Shown here piece by piece: positions 1 through 11,000 of a stretch of DNA of 64,000 nt. Below the pieces are notes generated by a model. The model saw only the letters and a list, made by a program, of their open reading frames with translations, ran no database searches and was not told the origin of the DNA. Position numbers and translations under genes: made by a program. The number at the start of each line of letters is the position of its first letter. Position 1 is the first letter of the stretch. Source of the DNA: Octopus sinensis (taxonomy: Eukaryota); contig NC_043004.1 of the NCBI RefSeq assembly GCF_006345805.1, forward strand, positions 87,854,001 through 87,918,000, given 5' to 3'.

Positions 1-194
1 AAAACTTATGAAAACAAGGCATTTGCACTACGGAGTCAGAGCCGGTTTCAGCCGGGTTGGTAACAAAAGGGTTAACTCAGGTCAGTCCTGATAGGGCAGA
101 CTTATGATCAAAGACATTCCAGCTGTGACCATCTTGCTTTGATTACATTAGATGTTTCTAAAATTACCAGTCTAATATGTTTGCTTCTCTTTAA

Positions 195-415
195 GCCTTT
201 AGCATTTACATAGACCATATCAGGCCCAAATATTCTTCCTGTTTTGTGGTCAAACCAGCCAGATCTGATCTCTCACACCTGCCCTACAATGCTATTCTAA
301 AAATAGACATTCATATAATTTAAATCTTGAAGCTACAAGATAAATGCATGATTAATGCAAAACAATGAGAATGAAGAAGATTTACATTTAACAAAGTAAT
401 CAGAATGCTAAAGGG
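195..415. mobile_element. piggyBac-type MITE (TTAA target duplication)
   Basis: TTAA at 191-194 and 416-419; termini (g)cctttagcatt...aatgctaaaggg. A related copy lies at about 39000-39177, also between TTAAs. Confidence 0.7.
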
Positions 416-787
416 TTAAGGCAATGGGGATGTGATTTAAGGAGTATTTCCTTGTTATTTCTAGCAGATTGAGTGACCACACAAAGTTCACTTATTAGTG
501 TGAAGTGTTGTAGTGTGACGACGATTCTAGTGTCCAATCACATTCTATAAATATACTAAAAACAGGAAGTATAAAACTTCCTGTTTACATGCTTTTCTGC
601 CATGTATTCATACATCCCTTCCGTCTTAACCCTTTGAAATCTGCATTTAATGATAACAACATTGTATTTTAAAGAAAACTTGAAATTTAGCCTTTGATTT
701 AATGTATATTGTTTTCCACACCATAACTTTTACAAATTCATGCAACTGGGACTCCTTGTCCTAATTTGTCAATTACTTCTAATTTCT

Positions 788-1020
788 TATTTCTTTACTG
801 CCCACAAGGGGCTAAACATAGAGGGGACAAACAAGGACAGACAAAGGGATTAAGTCGATTACATCGACCCTAGTGCGTAACTGGTACTTAATTTATCGAC
901 CCCAAAAGGATGAAAGGCAAAGTTGACCTTGGCGGAATTTGAACTCAGAATGTAACGGCAGACGTAATACTGCTAAGCGTTTCGCCCAGTGTGCTAATGT
1001 TTCTGCCAGCTCGCCGCCTT
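788..1020 (-). mobile_element. tRNA-derived SINE, family A (aaggcggcgagctggcagaa... head)
   Basis: Reverse complement of the copies at 7678-7912, 28878-29110 and 34793-35023. Confidence 0.9.
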
Positions 1021-1460
1021 ATTACTTCTAATTTCTGTGCCGCATTTAAATTCACATGCTTTCTGGAAGAAGTGCAAAATTTTAGGAAAATAAATTGATA
1101 ATTTGGGAATTGGAGAAATATTCTGAATGCAAACTGACTTTGGTAGTTTGAGGCAAAAAAAAAAAAAAAAGCCAATGCAATACAACCCTTGGATCTTTTC
1201 CTTTTGTTGGACGGAATTTCTAGTTAACTAAACAATTTGAAACTTGTATACTGGTAGAATGTGTCAAAAGAAAACATTATTTTCACTTGGCTTTTTTGAG
1301 AAAATTGTGATTTGTAAGTTTAACATAGTTTAATTCTTCGAATTTTAACCAATGAAATGCCAGCATTTGAGCTCAAATCATTTTCTGCGTTATCGATATT
1401 GATAAACAAACGAGAGACACACACACACACATATATTCAGATACATACACACGTACACTT

Positions 1461-1495
<35 letters not shown>

Positions 1496-2498
1496 CTGTC
1501 ACTCAAACACATGCATATACATTTGCACAAGCACATAGTAATTAATATATAAGCGTACATACATACAAACGGAGATATACATATGCACACCCTTTCCATG
1601 TGCACACACACAATTCTTCCTCTTTCTATTTAACATCTCTGTTAAAGGAGAAAGTGCAGCAGTAAGTCCTAAATACTGTTAATTCACATTCTAGAAATAG
1701 CAACCAAAACCTTCTTTGAATCCTGACCTACCATCCTAAAAAAAAAAAAAAAAAAAAAGAGCATAGGACACACTTATTGGATAATTTACTCCAGGAATGA
1801 GTTCTGCTTGAATCTGTCTCTCTCTTTCTTTCTTTCTCTCTCTCCATCTCTTTTCTATATGTTTTTCTCTCTCTCCTCCCACTCTCTATGTTTTTTACTG
1901 TATCTTTTTCTCTCTGTCTCTGTCTCTCTAAATGAATTAATGAGTGAATAAATTGCAAATCCTTTAAACTGAGGGTTTACTGCATGCATGCATGCTTGTT
2001 TTGCTTGTTTGTTTGCTTGTAGACAGCTTTTATTCTCCTTTGCAAAATCCAAGCCAGTCACTAACAAAGTGGCAAAGGTCTTTTGTTTAAGCCAACACAG
2101 CTCTTGGGATTTGTGATTAACTGAGCTGGTTGATGTATATACGTGTGTGTGTTATGTTTATGTGTGTGCAATTGGATAATGTAAAGAGACTATCAAATCA
2201 GTTTCTATTTTTTAAAGCCATATGGTATCTGAAAACGAATGCAATGTCATTACCAGTTTGAATATGCCAGTGGCATGTTCAGACTTGAAAACAAACCATT
2301 TACTGTGTTTTCTCATGGAGAAAATTTCTCTCTGAAGACAAATGATGTAAATACACCTAAATCAGCTCACAGCGCCACCAGGTGGCATATTCGAACTAGT
2401 AATAACATTGCTTTTATATACATCACTACTTAGCACACCCACCCCATGATCTGAGAATGAGTATCTACTCAATCTGTGACTATTTCAAGTGAAAGGTA

Positions 2499-2722
2499 TT
2501 GGCAGAAATGTTAGCACGCTGGACGAAATGCTTAGCGGTATTTTGTCTGTCTCTACGTTCTGAGTTCAAATTCCGCCGAGATGGACTTTGCCTTTCATCC
2601 TTTCGGGGTCAATTAAATAAGTACCAGTTACGCACTGGGGTCGATATAATCGACTTAATCCGTGTGTCTGTCCTTGTTTGTCCCCTCTGTGTTTAGCCCC
2701 TTGTGGGTAGTAAAGAAATAGG
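2499..2722 (+). mobile_element. SINE family A, 5'-truncated
   Basis: Body gttcaaattccgccgag...cctttcatcctttcggggtc...gccccttgtgggtagtaaagaaatag. Confidence 0.9.
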
Positions 2723-2852
2723 TATTGTGCAGCTTAGAACACATGTTCTTTGTAAGGTACTTTACAGAATGTAGTGTAGTCTAGTAATAATAATTACCGA
2801 AAAAGTTTTTGTGTCAACTTCTCAGCAATACTTAAGAAGCATGCTCCGTGGT

Positions 2853-3170
2853 CAGGGCCGGATTAAGACCCATCGAGGCCCTAAGCACTTATAAGATTTT
2901 GGTGCCCCCATAAAAGATTATGTAATTCAAAATATAAACAATAACAAACCATAAAATAGGTTTTTATTTTTCAAGATGAAACAAAACAGTAAGAGGGAAA
3001 ATTATGTTTATTTTTGTCTACTTCCACTTAATTTATATTTGAAAAGTTTCCTCCTACTTTTTGGAATTGCAAAGTCTTTGATCAGATCCTCAAAATAAAT
3101 CTTAGGTAACACATCTGCATCTATACTTAATAGAGATAAAGGCATCATGAATATTATTTTAGCAAGTTTA
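2853..3170 (-). mobile_element. hAT transposon 3' end remnant
   Basis: Terminus CAGGGCCGGATTAAG at 2853; minus-strand peptide LSLLSIDADVLPKIYFEDLIKDFAIPKSRRKLF resembles the C-terminal hAT dimerisation region. The other end was not found. Confidence 0.7.
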
Positions 3171-3469
3171 AAGTGATTTCTTTTGTGCCATAGACCATTT
3201 ACCATTTCTGTAGTGCCCCCTCCTTCCCTTGATGCTCTAAGCATGTGCTTATTTTGCTTAATGATTAATCTAGTGCTGTCTGTGGTTCTAATTAGGTTAA
3301 TTGTACTGGTCTGTTGAAAATTCATGTTTCTTTTGCTCTGGTATCTAGTATTATGTTGGCCTAGGTCATGCAGACATGTCATCAAAGGCTTTCTAAACTT
3401 GACCATTCATTCTAAACTTGACCATTTATTCAGTCATTAGGCCATGACCATGTGGAGGCACCACCTGGG

Positions 3470-3800
3470 AGAATTTTTATTTGAGCCGAATGAATCTACC
3501 CCAGTGTTTATTTTTTTTTAAAGCCTGGTATTTATTCTATTGGTCTCTTTTACTGAATCACTAATTTACAGGAGTGTAAACACACCAACACTGGTTGTGA
3601 AGCAGTAGTGATGTATAAATACACACACACACACACACACACATATACAACAGATTGCTCTTAGTTCCTACCTATCAAATCTATTCACAAGGCTTTGCTT
3701 GGCATGAGGCTATAGTAGAAAACACTTGCCCAAGGTGTCATAGTGATACTGAACCTGGAACTATGTGGTTGGAAGGCAAGCTTCTTAAGACACAGCCACA
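3470..3800 (-). mobile_element. SINE family B (CORE-like), degenerate
   Basis: Reverse complement of the 20135-20550 family. Confidence 0.75.
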
Positions 3801-4156
3801 CCTCCTTTCTTTTTCTTTTGTTTGTTAGACATAATGTGTCCAGGGCTATATTGACAAACAATTTTTTGTTTATTTTTGAAGATGAGATATGTTATCAGGG
3901 AAATTTGGGTGCTATTTGTAGCAAAGCAAGCAATCTTATCAAAGCTTCTTGGTTGGTTTGATACTTCTTGTCTTTTACTTAGAGACTGTTTGTCTTGTTT
4001 AATTGATCTTTATGTGCAAAACAATCCCATTTTATGATAGCTCCTCTTCAGTTTATATGTTAGCAGTCATCAAACTTTTCTGCTTTTATAACACATATTA
4101 GTGAACCTTGATAACAAATCTAATATCGTTGTCGGTTTTTGAGTGCTTTCAGTCAT

Positions 4157-5665
4157 GTTTGTTTGTTTGTTTGTTTGCCCAGTGAGACAGGGCATGGGTG
4201 GAACACGCAGGTCGGAAGCTAGCAGATAGCAATGATACAGTGGCACAGGGCCAAGAAGACAGGATTGGGGAGTGCGAGGTGAGTCTAGTGCATGAAGGGG
4301 AAATGTGAGGAAGAGAAGAGATGTAGTTTGGTTTGTTGTGGTAGAGTGTGTGAGAAATTTTCTTGTTAAGTGTGGGTGGGACGCACAGCACTTCGAGAAC
4401 TCAGTTCTGCTGATGTGGGCAGGTCTTCTCCAGAACTTCATATCACCAGGCACCTTGGTCCATTGTCATGTCCTCTGTCAGTCCTAACATCCTGAGATCA
4501 GTCCTTATGACTTCATCCCATGTCTTCCTGGGTCTCCCTCTTCTGTGGGTACCATCTACTTTCAGTGATCAGCACTTCTCTATGCAGCTGTCTTTATTCA
4601 TATGCATCACATATCCAAACTATCACAGTCTTCTCTCTTGCATGCTACATTTGATTCCTCGAAAAGTCCAACTTTTCTCTCAATATATTTGCACTTTGTT
4701 GTACTTGAGTACTGATGCTGAACATCGGAGTATACTACTTTCATTTCTTTCCAATTTATGCATGTCTTCTGCATTCAGAGCCCATGTCTCATTACCATGG
4801 AGTATAGCCATATGCACACAAGCATCATATAGTCTACCTTTCATCTTGAGAGAGAGTCCTTTTATTGCCAACGGAGGTAATAGCTCTCTGAACTTCCTCC
4901 ACCCAATTCTTATTTTAGAAACATTACTGTTAGAACATCCTTCACCATTGCTAATTTGGTCACCTAGGTAACAGAAACTATCTACAACCTCAAAAGAGCC
5001 TCCTGGGCATTTGAGAGAATCCAAGTCACGTGTGCTGTTTGTGCTTATTGTTCCTGCTCATCTGTTACATACAAAGATGACTTTATCTCTTAATCTACCT
5101 GTAATTCCACTGCACCTCTTATGTGTCCATAGTTTACACTGGGTGCAGCAAATGGAATTTCTTCCAACTCCTTTCTTGCATATTGAGCAGGGCCATTTAC
5201 CTTACGGAAAGAGAATTTTATTTTGTTTCTTACTAACAACAACTTTGGTCTTTGCTAGTTTAACTTTAAGGCCATTTGATTCCAGGTTTTATTTCCATAC
5301 CTGGAATTTCTTCTCCAATTCTGCTAAAGATTCTTCAATAAGAGCAAGGTAATCAACATATAGCAGTTCCCACTGGCACTCAGTTTTGAATCCCTCTGTA
5401 TTGGCCTGAAGGACTATAATGAATAAGAGTTGGTTGAGAACTGAGCCCTGGTGAACCCTTACCTGTATGCTAAATTCATCACTGTATTCATGGCCAACTC
5501 TCACCTTACTGACAGCACTACTGTACATGGTTTGTACAGCTCTAACAAGCTACTCCTCTACTCCTAACTTCCTCAGAGACCACCATATAACAGCAGGGAA
5601 CTCTGTCAAAAGCTTTCTGCAGGTCAACGAAGGCTAAGCACAATGGCTTACTTTTGGCCAAGAGG
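4157..5665 (-). mobile_element. 5'-truncated RTE-clade LINE (degenerate RT, 3' UTR and (AAAC)n tail)
   Basis: Frameshifted peptides LAFVDLQKAFDRVP, VHQGSVLNQLLF, ELLYVDYLAL, VVDSFCYLGD, GRPRKTWDEV; (gttt)n tail at 4157-4176. Confidence 0.92.
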
Positions 5666-7677
5666 AGCATACGTTTGTGTTCATTATCCATAAAAATGGT
5701 AACTTCTCTGAAACATTCAGTTGCTTTCTGACTTAAAGCAAACTCAAAACCTTGGAGCATATAAAATTTCCTTTTGCGGCACTGAATTTTCTACTTTTCT
5801 TTTTCCTTCAGCATTTACCAGAATTAAGTAGTTTACCAGAATTGACAAGACCTATTTTGAAACTTTTCACATCATCGTCATTGTCATCTCTTGATGTAAT
5901 TGACTAATCCCTCTCCACCAAAATTTCTGACCTTGTGTCACACTTCCTGCTTTAGGGTTTGGACAATATTGGAAAAAAATAAACATCAATAGATCTCTGT
6001 TGGTTTCGATAAGGGCTCAGTTGTTTGATCAACTGAATTACCTGCTCATTGAACTTGTGTGTGAGTGGCTGAGTATTCCACTGGCATTTATTCCATTAAT
6101 GTAATCCTCAACCAGAATCAGTGTGTGACAAATATACGAGACGTTTTGGCACAGCCATTTTTGCATCACAAATTTAACATAGCTGATTTGATGCTGACTT
6201 ATTTGACATTAAATATTAAATTTTTTTTTCATTTCTTCTCTTTTTGAGTATCTATTTATGTTTATGTATGTGCAATGTCTCTCTCTGTCTCTCTCTCTTT
6301 CTCTCTCTTCCCTGCTCTCTATCTGAATCTATATTTATGTTTATGTATGTGCAATATCTCTCTCTGTGTCTCTCTTTCTCTCTCTCTCTCTCTCTCCTAT
6401 CTCTCTCTTCCCTGCTCTCTATCTGAATCTATATTTATGTTTCTGTGTGTGAATGAGTGTGTGTGTCCAGAACTTACTCCTGCCAAACAAGTTGAATGTC
6501 CAGTCAACCGTGCCAAATTGTTTTCCTTTCAAACAGCTGTGCCCACTTGTCTCATTCCAGTGTGGCAAGGCTGTATTTTATAATTGCAGTGACATTCCAT
6601 TCAGCAGATTTTCATAAAGATTAAACTTTAAGGCATTGATTGAAAGACATTTACCCAAGCTGCCATGCAGTGGGACTTTGTAATTGTGAAGCAAACTTCT
6701 GAAATGATTGGACCAAGCTGCACCACAGTCCATATTGTGCAAGACTCAAGTATTACTCAAATAAAAATGGTGGGAGAAGTAGGAAGTGAAATGATATCCT
6801 AGCTATCAGCTAACATGTTGTGTAACTATATGATTTCTGGTTGTGCAAGTTTTTATACAAATTTTCAGGCTTGATTTGAGTGTGAATCTGTTTATTCTAG
6901 GAGTTAAGTCAACAACACTTTTTGTCTAACAAACTATTAATTAAAGTGAACTAATAAGTTAAGGTTATCAAGATTGTGAAAGATACAAGTAGAATTCGAT
7001 ATCAGTTCAAAGAGTTCAAAGGGCAGAAATAAGTGAATGCTGTCAGATTAAATAACTACAAGTATATTTTGAACAGAGGTGTGAGTAAAAAGTGCTCCTG
7101 GTTAGCAGGAATTAAAACTTTAACTTGCTTCGCTGTGCATGAAGTGTCTGTAGAACTTGTAGACAAATAGTTTTCAATGGCATAATTAATGGGTCAGCCA
7201 AGTCTATCAGGAATCTGTAGCAAGTATTTCACATCACTAACATTGATAATGGTATTGGGAAAAGACATAAATCTCATAGTTTCCAGTCCCTCCACTCCAA
7301 AGTTATCGGGATAATCCCTGTTTGAGGAATGATTTGGATTAGTACACTTAATTGAAACAACTGAGAATATCACAATTGCATGAGAGATTATTAATATGTG
7401 GATCGATACAATCTTTGTAAGTATGAGTTCTTTTATCGTTTCTCTCTCTTTTCTTTTTTCATTGTATTTTACTCCTGGCATCAGGAAAACTATTTTATTA
7501 GTCGGCTATTTCTGTTAAAATGCGCAGCATTTGAATTAATTTTGAAATATTGAAGAATTTAGTCATTATTAAGTAATTTACAGAAAATTTCGATGGCAGA
7601 GCTTAATTTAGTTCACGTTAAAACAAGTATTATCATAGAAACAGGGGTGGTCTCAGACCATTTAGTATTACAATTTT

Positions 7678-7912
7678 AAGGCGGCGAGCTGGCAGAAACG
7701 TTAGCACGCCGGGCGAAATGCTTAGCAGTATTTCGTCTGCCGCTACGTTCTGAGTTCAAATTCCGCCGAGGTCGACTTTGCTTTTCATCCTTTCGGGGTC
7801 GATAAATTAAGTACCAGTTACGCACTGGGGGTCGATGTAATCGACCTAATCCGTTTGTCTGTACTCAATTGTCCCCTCTGTGTTTAGCCCCTTGTGGGTA
7901 GTAAAAGAAATA
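7678..7912 (+). mobile_element. SINE family A, full-length, ending 80 nt upstream of the SPTLC1 ATG
   Basis: Intact head with B-box-like GAGTTCAAATTCC; near-identical to the other family A copies. Confidence 0.92.
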
Positions 7913-7988
7913 GGTATCACAATTATGTTGGATGCCAAATTATGGAGTTATGTCCCCTATCAAGCATTCCGTCTGTTTAAGTCTCACT

Positions 7989-7998
7989 CAAAATGGCG
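7989..7998 (+). promoter_or_regulatory. YY1-like motif overlapping the SPTLC1 start codon
   Basis: caAAATGGCG matches the AANATGGCG YY1 consensus; motif match only. Confidence 0.3.
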
Positions 7999-8049
7999 AT
8001 CGTTTCACCGACTTGGGAATTCACCGAGATGATACATGCTATATTTGAG
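7993..8049 (+). CDS. SPTLC1: SPTLC1 coding exon 1 ([19 protein letters not shown])
   Basis: ATG in caaaATGG context; 57 nt; donor GAG|gtatgc; aligns by eye to human MATATEQWVLVEMVQALYE. Confidence 0.9.
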
Positions 8050-11000
8050 GTATGCCTGATCTTACCGTTCATTTTATATGAATATGGGTTACTTGAAAAT
8101 ATGAATGATTAAAAAATGTTAATGTCACCCATGTTCATTGGATTTATTTAATTGTATGTTACACGATACGCTACATGGTGACACATTATTCAAGTTACGC
8201 ACTTGTTTTGTTCTCAAATTGATATTTTAATCAATTTCTATTTATTAAAAAAAAAAACGTACTATTTTGGTGAAGCCAAGATATTCATATATTCGGAAGT
8301 TATAACTCCCGCCTTAACAAATATCGTGTAATAGGTACAAATATAGATATATAAAAATACATGACAATATTTAGTATGAATTACCAAGTTTTTTATTATT
8401 ATTATTATTATTACTAGTCAAACCCAATTTCGATGTCAATATGACCTGCTAATCTAATCGATCGGAAAACTCGAATTCACTTACAAACTTTCTTCACTCT
8501 TGTTTTGTTTATATCCTAGATAAACGATAATACGCCAGTCCACCTCCCATTCAAAGTTACTATTTCTGGATCTTGCATTTTTCACATCAAGATAGGTAGC
8601 CGGACATCCGCTAATTATTAGCTTTAATAATTACACACTGTTCCTTCATTTTTATAAATATAATTTTAGATATAAATCTACATTTATCTTCAGATACTTT
8701 TTCCAGTAAACTTTTTCTCTTGACACTGTTGCCAAAAACTTACATAATAGCTGCCGAAATCGTTACACTGCCAAAGGGGAGACTAACTTGTTACTTGTCA
8801 CCCCCGGGCTATGCGAGAATATTAAAAAAAATGTCTTTTGTCCCATTAAAAAAAAAATTGCTTAATCCCCAGCCAACCTCGATCCAGGAAACTTATGATC
8901 AGAAGGGTTCCAACCGTGGCTTTCCTGTCATACACTTCCAAAGGGGAGACTAACTTGTTACTTGTCATCCCCGGGCATGTGCTTCTGAACAGGGTTACTG
9001 TTTCGAAGAAATGTTAAACTAGGTGTTCCCATTTAGCACCCACCCACCCAAGGGATTCATGGGCTTCCTGTCCCCGGTTATGCAACACCCATACGTACCT
9101 GCTTTAAAATGGCACTGATCCCAGATATATTTAACCTATTATGCAGAGAGTTATTGTTGCATATACCCGCCCACACCCGTTCTTTCTTGATTGAATAGAC
9201 TTCTAGTAAAAGATACTACAAGCATTCAGGCAATGGAAGAAATCTTGGATCCGTCATATTTTCAAAATATGTGATTTGATGAAGATTTGGCTGCTATCTC
9301 AAGCAGATCGCGTGACCGCGTGTGGATTGGCTTTGCGTTGGTTTTTTTTTTTTTTTAAACTTTGTTGAATTGAAATTACGTTAATAAAAAAACCAATGTT
9401 TAGGTAACATTGTGTCGGGAAGGAATATAATACCCAAACCATGGTATGGCAGGATTATATTCAAGCCTTTACGAATGTAAATAATCATATTTTAATAACT
9501 TTCTGAGAGCTGTTGATTTTAATAGATCTACATTTATCTTCAAATACTTTTTCCAGTAAACTTTTTTCTCTTGACACTGTTGCCAAAAACTTACATAATA
9601 GCTACCGAAATCGTTACATTGCCAAACAAAGGGGAGACTAACTTGTTACTGGTCATCCCCGGGCTATGCGAAAATATAAAAAAAATGTCTTTTGTCCCAT
9701 TAAAAAAAAAAATGCTTAATCCCAAGCCAACCTCGATCCAGTAAAATTATGATCAGAAGGGTTCCAACCGTGGCTTTCCTGTCATCCCCCCCCCCAGTCA
9801 TACCGTATCCAGGGACTACATTAATCAGTGTTGTATTTTTAAAACCGGATCTGTGTGGTTTTAGAACAAACATATAGGTGAATATAGTAACACGTTGACA
9901 CTGACACGTTTTTGCATTATTTTTTGTTTACCTTTTGTCCTATAAAATGTATTTGAAAATCAATTTTTTTTTGTATACCAATGCAAACATGCTAATTTAA
10001 AAGTAGGTTGTTGTTATATATAAGTTTAAGATGAATTGCTTGCTCTGCAGTGTAAATGTCAAAATGTAATAATGATAAATTCTAACGTTTGGCGGATGAG
10101 CCTTTCATCGATTTCTCTTTTGTTTACAGTACACAAAATTATAGATTTTGTGAACTAGTTATAAAGGTGTCTTCCAGTACTTTAAAAAGTGGGCGGTGAA
10201 AAACATTTTTTGGTGGGGATGGGCGCACTAGGAACGGTAGGCAGTAGAGGGGCGATAAATGCAGCTTTACAGTTTTTTTTGTATCTTTGAATGGTTGTGT
10301 ACTGTCAATCTAACACGAACGTGACAGTAGGGGGTACACCACCGCTGTTTAGCCCTAGGAAGCGTCGACGCCTCCTGATGGCTTTGACACATTTTTCCTG
10401 TGTCCTTATATGTCTCCCCTTCGTAAATGTATATAAGGACACAGGAAAAATGTGTCAAAGCCATCAGGAGGCGTCGATACTTCCTAGGGCTAAACAGCGG
10501 TGGTGTACCCCCCCCCCTACTGTCACGTTCGTGTTAGATTGACAGTATACAACCATTCTATCGCCCCACCACCGTACATGTCTCTACGAGAGATTTAGAA
10601 ATTTAGTATTTTGTATCTTTGTTTCGTCAATATTAACTTCAAAAGAAAACTTTTTCTTCACCACTATCGCAGTAACAACACCAACTGCAGCATTAGAAAA
10701 AATAATAAGACTTTGAAATGTGACTAAGCAAATAAACAAAACCGAATGAAAGAAGCCTGCTTCGCAACCACGTGGTTTCGGGTTCAGTGCCACTGTGCGC
10801 GGCACCTTTCATCATAACTCCAGGCTGGCCAATGCCTTGTGAGTGAATTTGGCAGACGGAAACTGTGTGGAAGCCGTCGTCTGTCTGTTTGTCACTAACC
10901 TATTGCTGTATAACCAGTGTCGGTTTGTTTACGTCCTCGTAATCTAGCGTTTCGGCAAATGGGACCGTTAGAATAAGTACCACGTTTTAAAAAATAAGTA

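Noticed and set aside
5700-5960. Minus-strand coding-like stretch upstream of the RTE (SRDDNDDDVKSFK...MLQGFEFALSQK)
   Set aside because: Three in-frame stops, no recognisable motif and no supported splice pair.
6250-6445. Short tandem duplication of a (CT)n-containing unit
   Set aside because: Ordinary slippage duplication in low-complexity DNA.
9233-9282. Alternative SPTLC1 start (ATGGAAGAAATC...)
   Set aside because: Stops after 16 codons; the exon at 7993 matches the known N-terminus and splices in frame.
8676-9785. Intronic snoRNA pair
   Set aside because: No convincing C/D (RUGAUGA...CUGA) or H/ACA box arrangement; the 3' part resembles a dispersed repeat also seen at about 100-135.
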